Shown here piece after piece: positions 1 to 8,603 of a DNA stretch of 64,000 nt. Each line of letters opens with the position of its first letter. The first letter of the stretch is position 1. Location of the stretch: the IMG/VR virus record IMGVR_UViG_3300010885_072628. One strand, given 5' to 3'. The DNA is from a virus (lineage: Duplodnaviria; Heunggongvirae; Uroviricota; Caudoviricetes). The notes under the pieces were generated by a model. That model did no database searches, had not been told where the DNA came from, and saw only the letters and a program-made list of their open reading frames with translations. The position numbers and the translations under genes were made by a program.

Positions 1-22
1 CTCAAGAGATCAAGAACAACAT

Positions 23-694
23 TTGTTCAAACAAATGAATTATTACAAATACAAAGCAAAAAAGCTTCTGAGTGTTTGTAAAATATCAGAAAAAAGACTT
101 GAAAAAGCCGAGTCTTTAATTGAAAAGTCTAAGAAAATAAGAAACAAGATAGCGGAATCTAATTTCAGACTTGTTTCGCAGCTTTTGAGGTGTAATGTTA
201 CATTCTATCAAAAACATAGTTTAATAGACTCGCTTATTTCTGATGGTTATATGGACGTTTTAAAGGCTGTTGATTATTTTGATTGGCGAAGAGGAAATAA
301 ATTCAGTACGTATGCTACATGGGTAATTAAAAAGAACTTCTTCAGAGATTCAAAGATAAAGCAAAAACAAGCTAGTCTATTAACAAGCTTGGACAAGCAC
401 GATGTCGATCTAGTAGCTAAATCAAATGGCGTAAAAGAAGAACAAGAGTACGAAAATCAAAAAGAAATAGTGCAAAATCTTCTTTTGTCTCTGAGAGATA
501 GTAAATCAAGCAATCAAAGATTGGCACAAATTGTTGAGCTTTACTTTGGTTTAAATGGTAGCGAAAAACAAACTTTGGAAAAAATAAGTGCTAAATTATC
601 TATCACCAAAGAAAGAGTCAGACAATTGAAAGAAAAAGCTTTGAATTGGTTGAAAATAGAGGCACAAGAACAGAACTACGATTTTTCAAAGTAA
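23..694 (+). CDS. sigma-70 family RNA polymerase sigma factor (virus-encoded). Frame is open to the window start (TTG at 23, ATG at 35), so it may be 5'-truncated.
   Basis: Region 2 motif DGYMDVLKAVDYFDWRRGNKFSTYATWVIKKNFFR (cf. sigma70 r2.2-2.4). r2.1-like NFRLV. C-terminal region-4 HTH KLSITKERVRQLKEKALNWLK. Confidence 0.7.
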   Translation: MFKQMNYYKYKAKKLLSVCKISEKRLEKAESLIEKSKKIRNKIAESNFRLVSQLLRCNVTFYQKHSLIDSLISDGYMDVLKAVDYFDWRRGNKFSTYATWVIKKNFFRDSKIKQKQASLLTSLDKHDVDLVAKSNGVKEEQEYENQKEIVQNLLLSLRDSKSSNQRLAQIVELYFGLNGSEKQTLEKISAKLSITKERVRQLKEKALNWLKIEAQEQNYDFSK

Positions 695-760
695 CATTGA
701 CTAAAAAGCTGTAGCCATTACAATAACGTCTTTATTCCAACACGGGATTAGGACGAAATC

Positions 761-958
761 ATGAGCAAAAGATACACCGTTAGCAGTGGTGATTACACTT
801 TGGTTACAAAACAAACATCGCCAAAAAAAGCAGCATCTTTAGCAATAAGATTACATATCGAAAGTAAACATCATACAGAATTAGGGATTCTAACAATGGT
901 TGAATCAGATGAGTCTAAGCCTTTTTTCTTTTCTACGGAAAGTTTAATTTCGAATTAG
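761..958 (+). CDS. hypothetical small protein
   Basis: 65-aa ORF directly downstream of the sigma factor. No motif recognised. Confidence 0.3.
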   Translation: MSKRYTVSSGDYTLVTKQTSPKKAASLAIRLHIESKHHTELGILTMVESDESKPFFFSTESLISN

Positions 959-964
959 CGGGCG

Positions 965-1007
965 GTCAAATTTAAATTTTGCTCCTAAAAAAATTGTACC
1001 CTATAAT
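965..1007 (+). promoter_or_regulatory. copy 1 of the conserved AAAAAAATTGTACCCTATAAT motif, with an upstream palindromic AAATTTAAATTT element. Candidate phage-specific promoter.
   Basis: Core 987-1007. One of 6 near-identical copies in the window, all on the + strand and all intergenic or upstream. Confidence 0.5.
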
Positions 1008-1148
1008 GGGGTAAGGGCAGACCGGAGACCAGCTTTACAAGTTGTTTTTTCGTGCTACCCTTACATTAGGGCCGAAAGTTCCTCTTATCCTCACATTGTG
1101 TGGTACGGATTCGATTTTAGGAGCTTTCGACTCACGGAGATTTTTAAA

Positions 1149-2078
1149 ATGGCTCGGACTAAAAAGGTTGATAACAAGGTTGATGCCACGGTAAAGCAAG
1201 CCGCACAGGTGATGCGGACTCTTCCTCGTTCTTCGGATGTGATCGCAAGTCTTACCAAGACTCTTTCCGCACACGGGCTGGAGGTCAAGCCGCAGCCAAA
1301 GGGCAAACCAGAGCGTTGGGAGATGATCCTAGACGCTAGGGCGAAAGTGGCGGCTACACAGTGGATTGAGGCTAAAACGGTCTGTGAGGCGGTTGAGGCC
1401 CGTCTGGATAATGCTAAAGCACTGATCTCTGCTTATGCAGAACACCAGATGATCAGCAAGATTTTTGATCATAAGTGTCGTCCATCTAACCCGCAGATTG
1501 TTTTGCGAGATAGCAAGGGTGAACCAGATCATCAGTTTCTTTTTCAGTTTCAGGATAAGTTTAAGGTTGAGTTTAAGAAGATTCCTGATGGTGTAGATCA
1601 TATCGAATACTTTTGCCAACTCTTTGAGTCAGTGGGACTCACAGCAGAAAATGCAAAGTCGATTGTTGAGAACGAGTTTGATTTTAGTCCTGTGACTGGA
1701 ATTCGCAGTCTTACAGAACTACTTGATGGTCGATATGGCGAAGGTCGTGAGTGGATGGAATCTTCTCCAGAAGAAAAGAGTGCAGGAGCAAAACTTGCCG
1801 CTCTTCTTATGTGGGATGGTTCTAGTGATGTTGAACCACTTACTCCACAAGAAAAGTCCATTGTTGTGAAGCAAGATCCGGGCGTGGTAGTTAAGTCTGG
1901 GTTTTATGATCGTGTGGCAACTTATTGCGAGACTCTTGAACAGTTGGAAGCAATCTTTAGTATTGTGAAGCCTGTTTGTTATCCTTCTCATAGCAAGTTT
2001 GCTATTAACGATACCGAGACATCGAAAACTCAGCGAAAGATCGCTGCTGTGACTGATATTTTGGTCGATAAAGAGTAA
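1149..2078 (+). CDS. hypothetical protein encoded on a GC-rich (about 50% GC) island. Probably horizontally acquired.
   Basis: ATG at 1149 preceded by GGAG (the track ORF begins at GTG 1098). Composition clearly deviates from the 33% GC background. A strong terminator follows. Confidence 0.5.
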   Translation: MARTKKVDNKVDATVKQAAQVMRTLPRSSDVIASLTKTLSAHGLEVKPQPKGKPERWEMILDARAKVAATQWIEAKTVCEAVEARLDNAKALISAYAEHQMISKIFDHKCRPSNPQIVLRDSKGEPDHQFLFQFQDKFKVEFKKIPDGVDHIEYFCQLFESVGLTAENAKSIVENEFDFSPVTGIRSLTELLDGRYGEGREWMESSPEEKSAGAKLAALLMWDGSSDVEPLTPQEKSIVVKQDPGVVVKSGFYDRVATYCETLEQLEAIFSIVKPVCYPSHSKFAINDTETSKTQRKIAAVTDILVDKE

Positions 2079-2088
2079 TTTTACGGTT

Positions 2089-2130
2089 GCACATAGGGTG
2101 GAGGTAAAAACTCCACCCTATGTGCTTTTT
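2089..2130 (+). terminator. Rho-independent terminator
   Basis: Perfect 15-bp stem gcacatagggtggag / ctccaccctatgtgc, loop gtaaaaa, then TTTTT. Confidence 0.8.
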
Positions 2131-2150
2131 ATTACATAATTGGAGAAAAA

Positions 2151-2609
2151 ATGAAATATTTGCTTGCGATTATTGTTGCCTTTTCGATGAGTTTTTCTTT
2201 CGCAGACGAAACAAGCGACAAGATTTACGAGGCTATGCAGAGAAATTTTGACGCTTTTAACAAAGAAGACATAGAAGCCGCCATGGATTCTTGTTCTATA
2301 GAAATGCCCCAAAGAGAGCTGTTCAGGTCAGAATCCTTGAAGTCTTTTTCTCAAAATGACGTTCACTACAGTCTTCTTGCTTGTGATGTATTAGAAGTTA
2401 ATTTTCCTTATGCTCTAGTAAAAATTGTTCAAGATACTATTGTACAAAATAGAGATAGCAGCACCACTAAGTTTAGAAATTCAACTGCTATTGTTCCAAA
2501 AGACGAGTGCGTAGAGTATCTACAGACTCTTAAGTTTGAGGATGGAGTTTGGAAGCTTCACGTAATAGTTAGTGCTATGAAGCCTGTAGCAAGGGCAGAA
2601 GCCAACTGA
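2151..2609 (+). CDS. secreted protein (signal peptide). NTF2/SnoaL-like fold suspected. Paralog of 3896..4459.
   Basis: N-terminal MKYLLAIIVAFSMSFSFA signal. Shares an E..DAFN...D/Cys pattern with 3896..4459. Confidence 0.4.
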   Translation: MKYLLAIIVAFSMSFSFADETSDKIYEAMQRNFDAFNKEDIEAAMDSCSIEMPQRELFRSESLKSFSQNDVHYSLLACDVLEVNFPYALVKIVQDTIVQNRDSSTTKFRNSTAIVPKDECVEYLQTLKFEDGVWKLHVIVSAMKPVARAEAN

Positions 2610-2613
2610 GCAT

Positions 2614-3384
2614 ATGTCGATACCAGTAATCGGAACCGCCGTAGTAAACAACACCAAATGGGTCAAAAGACTGCTAGAAAGCATTGATTACCCAGTTGAT
2701 GAGTTTGTGATTTTCAACAATAATGGTAAAGGAGAACTTGAGAAAGATCTAGAATCTATATCAAGTCAATCTTTTCCTTTTGTGAAAAAGATCAAAGTTT
2801 GCCATCTCCCAGCAAATATAGGTTGTGCTGGGGTGTGGAACATGATCATAAAATGCTACATGCTAAGTCCTTATTGGTTGATCGTTAATGATGATGTTGC
2901 TTTTACACCGAACTTTTTAGAAGCAATGGTCAAAAGTGCTAATAAGTCAAATATAGGAATGGTTCACGGTACGTCTGGGGAATTTGGGTTAGGATATTAC
3001 GATCTTTTTTTGATTAAAGATTGGGTTGTTCAAAAAATAGGTTTGTTTGATGAGAATTTTTATCCTGCTTATGTAGAAGATTGCGATTACATCATGAGGA
3101 TTATTCTCGATCCTTTTGATAAAGAGTTTCTGAATCTTCCTTATTTACATGGAGATTCGCTTGAATACAAGGAAGGTGGTTCTCAAACTATAAAACTTGA
3201 TGCAATGCTAAAAGAGAAAGTCGATCATGCTAGATATATGAATGAAAATTCATATATGAATGAAAAATGGGGAGAATCTTGGCGTTGGTGCGATCCTAGT
3301 AAGACCCCGTTTAATAAAGATTTCCCAATAACCTATACAACTTACGACTTGGATTTCAATAGAAAAAAACACTTAGGTTTTTGA
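2614..3384 (+). CDS. glycosyltransferase, beta-1,4-galactosyltransferase-like (Glyco_transf_7C-like motif). Paralog of 20459..21331.
   Basis: LFDENFYPAYVEDCDYIMRI matches the fDE.F.gwG.ED.D...R motif of GT7/GT2-fold galactosyltransferases. Confidence 0.5.
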   Translation: MSIPVIGTAVVNNTKWVKRLLESIDYPVDEFVIFNNNGKGELEKDLESISSQSFPFVKKIKVCHLPANIGCAGVWNMIIKCYMLSPYWLIVNDDVAFTPNFLEAMVKSANKSNIGMVHGTSGEFGLGYYDLFLIKDWVVQKIGLFDENFYPAYVEDCDYIMRIILDPFDKEFLNLPYLHGDSLEYKEGGSQTIKLDAMLKEKVDHARYMNENSYMNEKWGESWRWCDPSKTPFNKDFPITYTTYDLDFNRKKHLGF

Positions 3385-3385
3385 A

Positions 3386-3889
3386 ATGGAAAATAAATTT
3401 AAGAATCTTACTTTTGATCAAAGTTGCAATGCGTTGTGGGAGCATTATCTTTCAAGAAAAATACCTAACAATGAATACGAGCCCTCATGGATTCATAATC
3501 CTTATGATCTAGTCAGAATGCATCTTGATAAGAAAGAATTATCAAGAAAAGATTATTTTATTATAGAAGAAACTATAAAAAGCCACACGCAAAAAGACGG
3601 CATGGAAGTTCCTGTGCGAAGTGGATTTCCAAACGAAGGCACCAGAATCATGCATGATTGCTGGAAGGCAGGAAGTTTTACATGGATATTTATGGGCAGA
3701 TCTTTTTGTCAAAACATAACAAAACATAAAGATTTTATTGTCATAGAAAGAAAGCTTCCAGATGAAATATATCGCTTAATAAATCAGGAATTGGCCCCAC
3801 AGTCTTTGTATGCTGCCTATAAGTTGGAAGAAGTATCTACCATTGGACCAGCAATTAGTTTAGACCAGTTGTTTTCTGCTATAGGATAA
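3386..3889 (+). CDS. hypothetical protein
   Basis: 167-aa ORF between a GT and a secreted paralog. No motif recognised. Confidence 0.35.
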   Translation: MENKFKNLTFDQSCNALWEHYLSRKIPNNEYEPSWIHNPYDLVRMHLDKKELSRKDYFIIEETIKSHTQKDGMEVPVRSGFPNEGTRIMHDCWKAGSFTWIFMGRSFCQNITKHKDFIVIERKLPDEIYRLINQELAPQSLYAAYKLEEVSTIGPAISLDQLFSAIG

Positions 3890-3895
3890 GATAAA

Positions 3896-4459
3896 ATGAG
3901 ATATTTAATTTGTTTTTTGCTATTGACTTCCGCAGTTTTTGCAGACGATTCAGTCTATAATGAAAACGAAATCAAAAATTGTGTAGAAAATGCACTAGAT
4001 GCTTTTAATCAGCAAAATTGTGGATCTTATTCATCATTTTTCACAAAGAGCTGCCAAGAAAAAGTAAGGCGCGACTCTGGAATGTTCTTTGCATCTAACA
4101 ACGCATCAGCAAAATTTAAAGAATGTCATATTTTGACTATGAGTGAAGATGTAGCTGAAGCCGCTATCGCATATGATTTGTCACCAGGTGGATCAAAAGT
4201 TTCTAGAGTGTTTTTTGAAAAAGAGGATGGAATTTGGCGAATTAGAAAAGAGCTGTTGGTAAAACAGCCAGAAGAACAAGTTGCTAGTAAAGGCAAAACA
4301 ACAACATCAAATCCTTTTGTTGGTTCTAGAGTTCAAAATAATCAGCAACAGCCTTCTCAAAGTCAATCTAAGTGTGCAAATGGAAAGTGTGGAGTGAGGG
4401 TGCCATTTAACATTAGCGAAGCATGTAAAGATTACGGATTTGATCTTCCTAGTAATTAA
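3896..4459 (+). CDS. secreted Cys-containing protein. Paralog of 2151..2609.
   Basis: Signal peptide MRYLICFLLLTSAVFA. Shared ALDAFNQ motif. Confidence 0.4.
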   Translation: MRYLICFLLLTSAVFADDSVYNENEIKNCVENALDAFNQQNCGSYSSFFTKSCQEKVRRDSGMFFASNNASAKFKECHILTMSEDVAEAAIAYDLSPGGSKVSRVFFEKEDGIWRIRKELLVKQPEEQVASKGKTTTSNPFVGSRVQNNQQQPSQSQSKCANGKCGVRVPFNISEACKDYGFDLPSN

Positions 4460-4659
4460 TTGCTAGCGTGTTTTTTGTGCTTCCTATGCTTTTTGTGTTT
4501 CTTTTTAACGCTGTGCCTGCTAGCTTTCACGTATACTTGATCTGATCCTGTTTGATTTGCCAGAGGTGGATACGCTGCAATTCCTCCATAAGCAGGCGGA
4601 TAAAGCCCTACGATTTCTTCTCCAAGCTTATTTTTTAGGAATTCGGTAAATGTAATCAT
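4456..4659 (-). CDS. small basic protein (doubtful)
   Basis: 67-aa ORF with a KKKHKKHRKHKKH tail. Lies between a convergent gene end and a terminator. Confidence 0.2.
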   Translation of the reverse strand: MITFTEFLKNKLGEEIVGLYPPAYGGIAAYPPLANQTGSDQVYVKASRHSVKKKHKKHRKHKKHASN

Positions 4660-4671
4660 ACTTTATATATA

Positions 4672-4709
4672 AACAAAGGCAGGATTTAAATCCTGCCTTT
4701 GTTTTTTTT
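4672..4709. terminator. bidirectional intrinsic terminator (32-nt perfect palindrome plus T-run)
   Basis: aacaaaggcaggattt|aaatcctgcctttgtt followed by TTTTTTTT on the + strand, and by a U/A-rich run on the - strand after the S53 gene. Confidence 0.7.
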
Positions 4710-4711
4710 GA

Positions 4712-5755
4712 TTATCTCACAAGAAGATTAGCTAAAGTTGATTTTGGAGTACCTAATCCAGTACATCCATCCCATCCGTTTTTTGCTGTGAATGTCCCGT
4801 TGTTTCCAGATGTTATGTCGTGGAAATTAGACTGTGCAATACTGTAAAGTTTTGGATTAACAAATCCTAGATTTCTTCCTAGTATTTGATTGCATCTGGC
4901 AATATAAGCCGCCCATATCGGAGATGATGCACTTGTTCCTCCAAAAACATATAATCCGCCATCAACTATCACTCTAATACCAGTTGCTGGATCAGCTACA
5001 GCAGCAACGTCAGGCACACCTCTTTTTGTCCCTGTTGGGATTGCAGTTCTTTGCCAAGTTGGAATATTAAATAAAGAGCTATTCCCGCCTCCGGTTGCTC
5101 CGTAAGAGTTGTGCCAAACAGTTTCGTTTAGCCAAACTGTGTTTTTTACAGATAAGTTTGTTCCTCCACAAGCTAAAACATATGGGCTACTTGCGGGGAA
5201 GTCCACATTGTTTCCACGCAACCCATCAGAGCTTCCAGAGTCACCAGAGGCAGCAGTCACTGTTATTCCTGCTGTTGCAGCATTCTGGAATGCTGCGTTC
5301 ATTCCTGCGATCCCAGCGGAAGACCATTGACTTTCAGGAGCCCCCCAACTTATGCTAATTACGCTCACCCTATCGGTCACTGCTTTATTAATTGCATTAA
5401 TGAATCCTTGTTCCGTATTTGGAGCCATATAAACACTAGGTGTGCAACCATTTGCTATTCCAATTGCTATACAAAGATCCAACATAACCTCCCCATCAGC
5501 AGATGAAGCTATTGTTGGTCGATTTGTAGCTCCATCTACAGATACGAACTGTACAGTTGGAGAATTTAATCCTAAACTTGCGAAATAATAATTCAAATCT
5601 GATTGTCTATATCCTCCACCCAACTCTATAACGGCAATCTTTTGACCAGCTCCTGTGCTGTTTGGAAATCCGTAAATTTGAGCGATTTGATTGGGATAAA
5701 ACGAAGTCCCTACCGCTCTGCTATTTACAAAACGATGCAAATAATTCTTGAACAT
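4712..5755 (-). CDS. S53 (sedolisin/kumamolisin) family serine peptidase, catalytic domain only. No pro-domain or signal peptide.
   Basis: GGTSASSP catalytic-Ser motif, SGDSGS, and an N-terminal PNQIAQIYGF...GAGQKIAVIELGG typical of the mature sedolisin domain. AGGAGG RBS upstream. Confidence 0.7.
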   Translation of the reverse strand: MFKNYLHRFVNSRAVGTSFYPNQIAQIYGFPNSTGAGQKIAVIELGGGYRQSDLNYYFASLGLNSPTVQFVSVDGATNRPTIASSADGEVMLDLCIAIGIANGCTPSVYMAPNTEQGFINAINKAVTDRVSVISISWGAPESQWSSAGIAGMNAAFQNAATAGITVTAASGDSGSSDGLRGNNVDFPASSPYVLACGGTNLSVKNTVWLNETVWHNSYGATGGGNSSLFNIPTWQRTAIPTGTKRGVPDVAAVADPATGIRVIVDGGLYVFGGTSASSPIWAAYIARCNQILGRNLGFVNPKLYSIAQSNFHDITSGNNGTFTAKNGWDGCTGLGTPKSTLANLLVR

Positions 5756-5884
5756 ATTTAACCTCCTTGTTAAATGTTTAGAAATCCTTCTATAATTATA
5801 TATTCATTTTGTTTTACGAAATCTCTATTGATCGATGTAGATTTTTGCTATATATAATAGTTCCATCAAACTTGGAACAAAAAT

Positions 5885-6145
5885 ATGAAAAATCTATTAC
5901 CTGTAGTTCGTCCAGAAGTCGGATCTTCCATAGAGCACGAATTGTTAGGTGCTAAAGATGATGCGTATATAAAGAAACAATTAGAAATTATAAAAGAAGA
6001 AAATCCTGTTATATCTTGTTGGATAGAAGCTTTTTCCAAAAAGACTAAAGATAAAAAAGGAGCCATATTCTGTGCCGTCATGGTTTTTAGACTTTTAAGA
6101 ATTCAAGCAGAATGTGATAGAATGAATTGCGATATAAAACTCTAA
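5885..6145 (+). CDS. hypothetical protein
   Basis: 86-aa ORF. Preferred over the overlapping minus-strand ORF because it leads into + strand genes. Confidence 0.3.
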   Translation: MKNLLPVVRPEVGSSIEHELLGAKDDAYIKKQLEIIKEENPVISCWIEAFSKKTKDKKGAIFCAVMVFRLLRIQAECDRMNCDIKL

Positions 6146-6184
6146 ATATAGGAGTTCGTAGGAATGTTCGCTTCTTGAGGCTTG

Positions 6185-7072
6185 ATGAAATATCAATTAA
6201 CTTTAAATCTAAAATTCAAAACAGAAACTCAAGTTTCAAAAAATGAATTAAAAAGCTTGATAGAAGCAAAAATTGCTCAGTTGATTAAAGAACAACAAGC
6301 TTTTGATGAGTCTTTGAATTTAAACATTGATATTCTTAATGAAAAAGTTCACAGAATAAGAATAGGCGAATTTTCTGTAGATGAGATATTAAAAGATTTA
6401 TCTGAGCCTAAAAAGATATTTGAACATAGCGATAAAAAATACAGTGTGAGAATGAACTCCCACAGGTATTTTATGTTTAAAGAAAATCTATTTTGTGTTT
6501 GCTGTGGTATTAAAGGAACAAAAATGTTTCTAGAATATTATGAAGCAGATATGACGCCTCACTTCAATCTTTATGGTGAATATAAGGGCAATCTAATCCT
6601 TATGACCAAAGATCATATAAAAGCAAGAGCTTTAGGAGGAGAGGATAGGCACTCAAATTATCAAACAATGTGTGCTGTTTGCAACAATTTAAAGGGTCAT
6701 ACATCTCTTACTTTAGAATCTCTTAAAAAGCTTAGAAAATTATATGATACCAATAAAGGTAAAATCGGTAAAAAAAAGCTTAATATTATTTTAGAAAAGT
6801 CTATAATTGAGTTGGAAAAAGTTAAAAAACAAAGTGATAAAGAAGCAGGTTTTAATTTAGTTTATACAAATTGTGATATTAATTGTTACAAAAAGAACGA
6901 TGAGATTTACGGCAAATTTGTGTATAATTTAGATTCTAATCCAAGAATAGGGTGTATAAAAAAAGGATCACAGCTTGTGCCTTTGTTAGAATACAAGAAC
7001 AAAGTTGTTTGCAAGCTCTCAGACAATGAGTCTATTAGTTTGGATAAATCATTAGTTTTTGAAAAAAAATAA
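6185..7072 (+). CDS. HNH endonuclease domain protein (free-standing)
   Basis: CVCCG...HIKARALGGEDRHSNYQTMCAVCNNLKGH (HNH with a zinc-ribbon Cys pair). Confidence 0.6.
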   Translation: MKYQLTLNLKFKTETQVSKNELKSLIEAKIAQLIKEQQAFDESLNLNIDILNEKVHRIRIGEFSVDEILKDLSEPKKIFEHSDKKYSVRMNSHRYFMFKENLFCVCCGIKGTKMFLEYYEADMTPHFNLYGEYKGNLILMTKDHIKARALGGEDRHSNYQTMCAVCNNLKGHTSLTLESLKKLRKLYDTNKGKIGKKKLNIILEKSIIELEKVKKQSDKEAGFNLVYTNCDINCYKKNDEIYGKFVYNLDSNPRIGCIKKGSQLVPLLEYKNKVVCKLSDNESISLDKSLVFEKK

Positions 7073-7107
7073 AATAAAGACTAAATAAGAGTGCTTAAAG
7101 GAGGAAC

Positions 7108-7599
7108 ATGACACTCGAACAATGGGAAATAGAATTAAGGAATCAGCTTTCTAATATACAAGAAAGTAATCAAGCAAAAGTTGATGAAGTAGTAGAAAAA
7201 GAAGTTTCATTAGATTCTAAAGCATCTAATGATTGGCTTTTATATGCTTCTATGTTTGTTTTTCTGATTTTGTCTATTTTGTACATGATTGATTTAAAAA
7301 CAGGATTTATTGACAATGCTTTTAGAAAGCAAGAAATAAAAGAAGAGCTAGATGTTTCTCCATCTGCCTCCTACTCAGCAGATGAATTGGAAAAAATAAA
7401 AGAAAAAGTGCAATCACAAGAAAAGAAGTTGTTTTTGCTAGGTTTAGTTACTAATGAAAATGCATATATTGTAAAGCAAAATAAAAACAAAAAAGACATG
7501 ATGTTCATTGAGAAAAACTGGACTGTAGACAAAGGTCCTACTTATATTCATGTGACAGACAAAGATATTGAGTATCTTGAAAAACTCAAAACCAAATAA
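7108..7599 (+). CDS. membrane protein (one TM helix)
   Basis: Hydrophobic segment WLLYASMFVFLILSILYMI. Confidence 0.35.
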   Translation: MTLEQWEIELRNQLSNIQESNQAKVDEVVEKEVSLDSKASNDWLLYASMFVFLILSILYMIDLKTGFIDNAFRKQEIKEELDVSPSASYSADELEKIKEKVQSQEKKLFLLGLVTNENAYIVKQNKNKKDMMFIEKNWTVDKGPTYIHVTDKDIEYLEKLKTK

Positions 7600-8292
7600 T
7601 CAGTAGGACTTACAGTATATTACTTGTGAAAAGCTTTTTGCTTTTACTGTCTCGTCTATTAGTTCTGCAAGTAAACCAGCAGTATATTTTGCTGCACCAT
7701 TAGTTTTTCTTAGTTCATGGATTATTTCAATCTGCATAGATTGTACATTTCTTTCGTAATACCATTTTCTAAAAAGCTGATTCATATTATTTTTATTCCA
7801 TCCCGACATATATCCTCCAGATGCTCCTTCATATGCGTTTATTCCATTTCTTTCTAACAAGTATATGAAAAGATTTTTTTTCCAATCTTCGCAGCTAAAG
7901 CTATTCGGGTGTCCTGCTCCATATCCTACTACAATATCTAATTTTGGATCATTAGATATTTTTCTATGTTTATTTGACATTCCGTGAATGTAAAAAATAT
8001 TCACCATAGAATGCTTTGCTAGTATTTTGCTTTTATATCTAACAATTGGCTCTAAAAACTCTTCTCTAACAACATCTTCTAAACAGTGAATAACATTGTT
8101 GCAATCCGCTTTATCTTGCATAAAGTCTACTTTATTGCATCTTTCCCATCCTAAATTAATCACTGCAAAGGCGTTTAATTTATTGGCTATTTCTTCGGAT
8201 ATCAAAGCTGTTCTTTCGTCATCTCCTTCGTATCCATGTGGAGCCACAATGATTATAGGAGATTGACCTGATATATTTCTTACTCTTTGCAT
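7600..8292 (-). CDS. putative zinc amidohydrolase of the poly-gamma-glutamate hydrolase / N-formylglutamate amidohydrolase fold
   Basis: IIIVAPHGYEGDDERTALISEEIA resembles the PghP/FGase H.GG.E metal-binding N-terminus. Size of about 230 aa is consistent. Confidence 0.3.
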   Translation of the reverse strand: MQRVRNISGQSPIIIVAPHGYEGDDERTALISEEIANKLNAFAVINLGWERCNKVDFMQDKADCNNVIHCLEDVVREEFLEPIVRYKSKILAKHSMVNIFYIHGMSNKHRKISNDPKLDIVVGYGAGHPNSFSCEDWKKNLFIYLLERNGINAYEGASGGYMSGWNKNNMNQLFRKWYYERNVQSMQIEIIHELRKTNGAAKYTAGLLAELIDETVKAKSFSQVIYCKSY

Positions 8293-8482
8293 AATATATC
8301 ATAGTGTTATTAAAACTAAAGCTTACTGCCATATATAAGAACCTATGGACAAAATTCGCAATCCTGTCATACGAATAGACTTATCAAAAAAAAGCCCCGC
8401 AGAGATTGCCAACTGTCTTTCTTTACTTAGAACCTTGGCTTTTAAGAAAAAAATCAAAGTCAAAGTTAAAAATTAGGCCAAA

Positions 8483-8542
8483 TTCAAATTTAGCTTACAG
8501 GGACGACCCCCTATCGGTTTGAAAAAAATTGTACCCTATAAT
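8483..8542 (+). promoter_or_regulatory. copy 2 of the AAAAAAATTGTACCCTATAAT motif, with an upstream AAATTCAAATTT element
   Basis: Core 8522-8542. A G/C-rich leader with a small hairpin (ccgcc..ggcgg) follows. Confidence 0.5.
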
Positions 8543-8603
8543 GGGTGGACCGCCTTGACAGGGCGGAAATATAGGCTAACATAGAGGCAGAAAGGCTTTT
8601 TTT

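Noticed and set aside
987-1007. Reading the conserved motif as an ordinary host sigma70 promoter (TTGTAC as -35, TATAAT as -10)
   Set aside because: TTGTAC and TATAAT are separated by only 3 nt instead of about 17. The conserved 17-mer looks like a dedicated recognition element, so it is reported as a phage-specific promoter candidate instead.
1035-1991. Minus-strand ORFs overlapping the GC-rich gene (1035..1274, 1091..1306, 1329..1619, 1598..1861, 1719..1991)
   Set aside because: GC-rich DNA generates spurious open frames on the opposite strand. The + strand ORF is long and bracketed by promoter and terminator.
5866-6081. Minus-strand 71-aa ORF overlapping 5885..6145
   Set aside because: Either could be real. 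The + strand ORF was kept because it heads a run of + strand genes. Low confidence for both.
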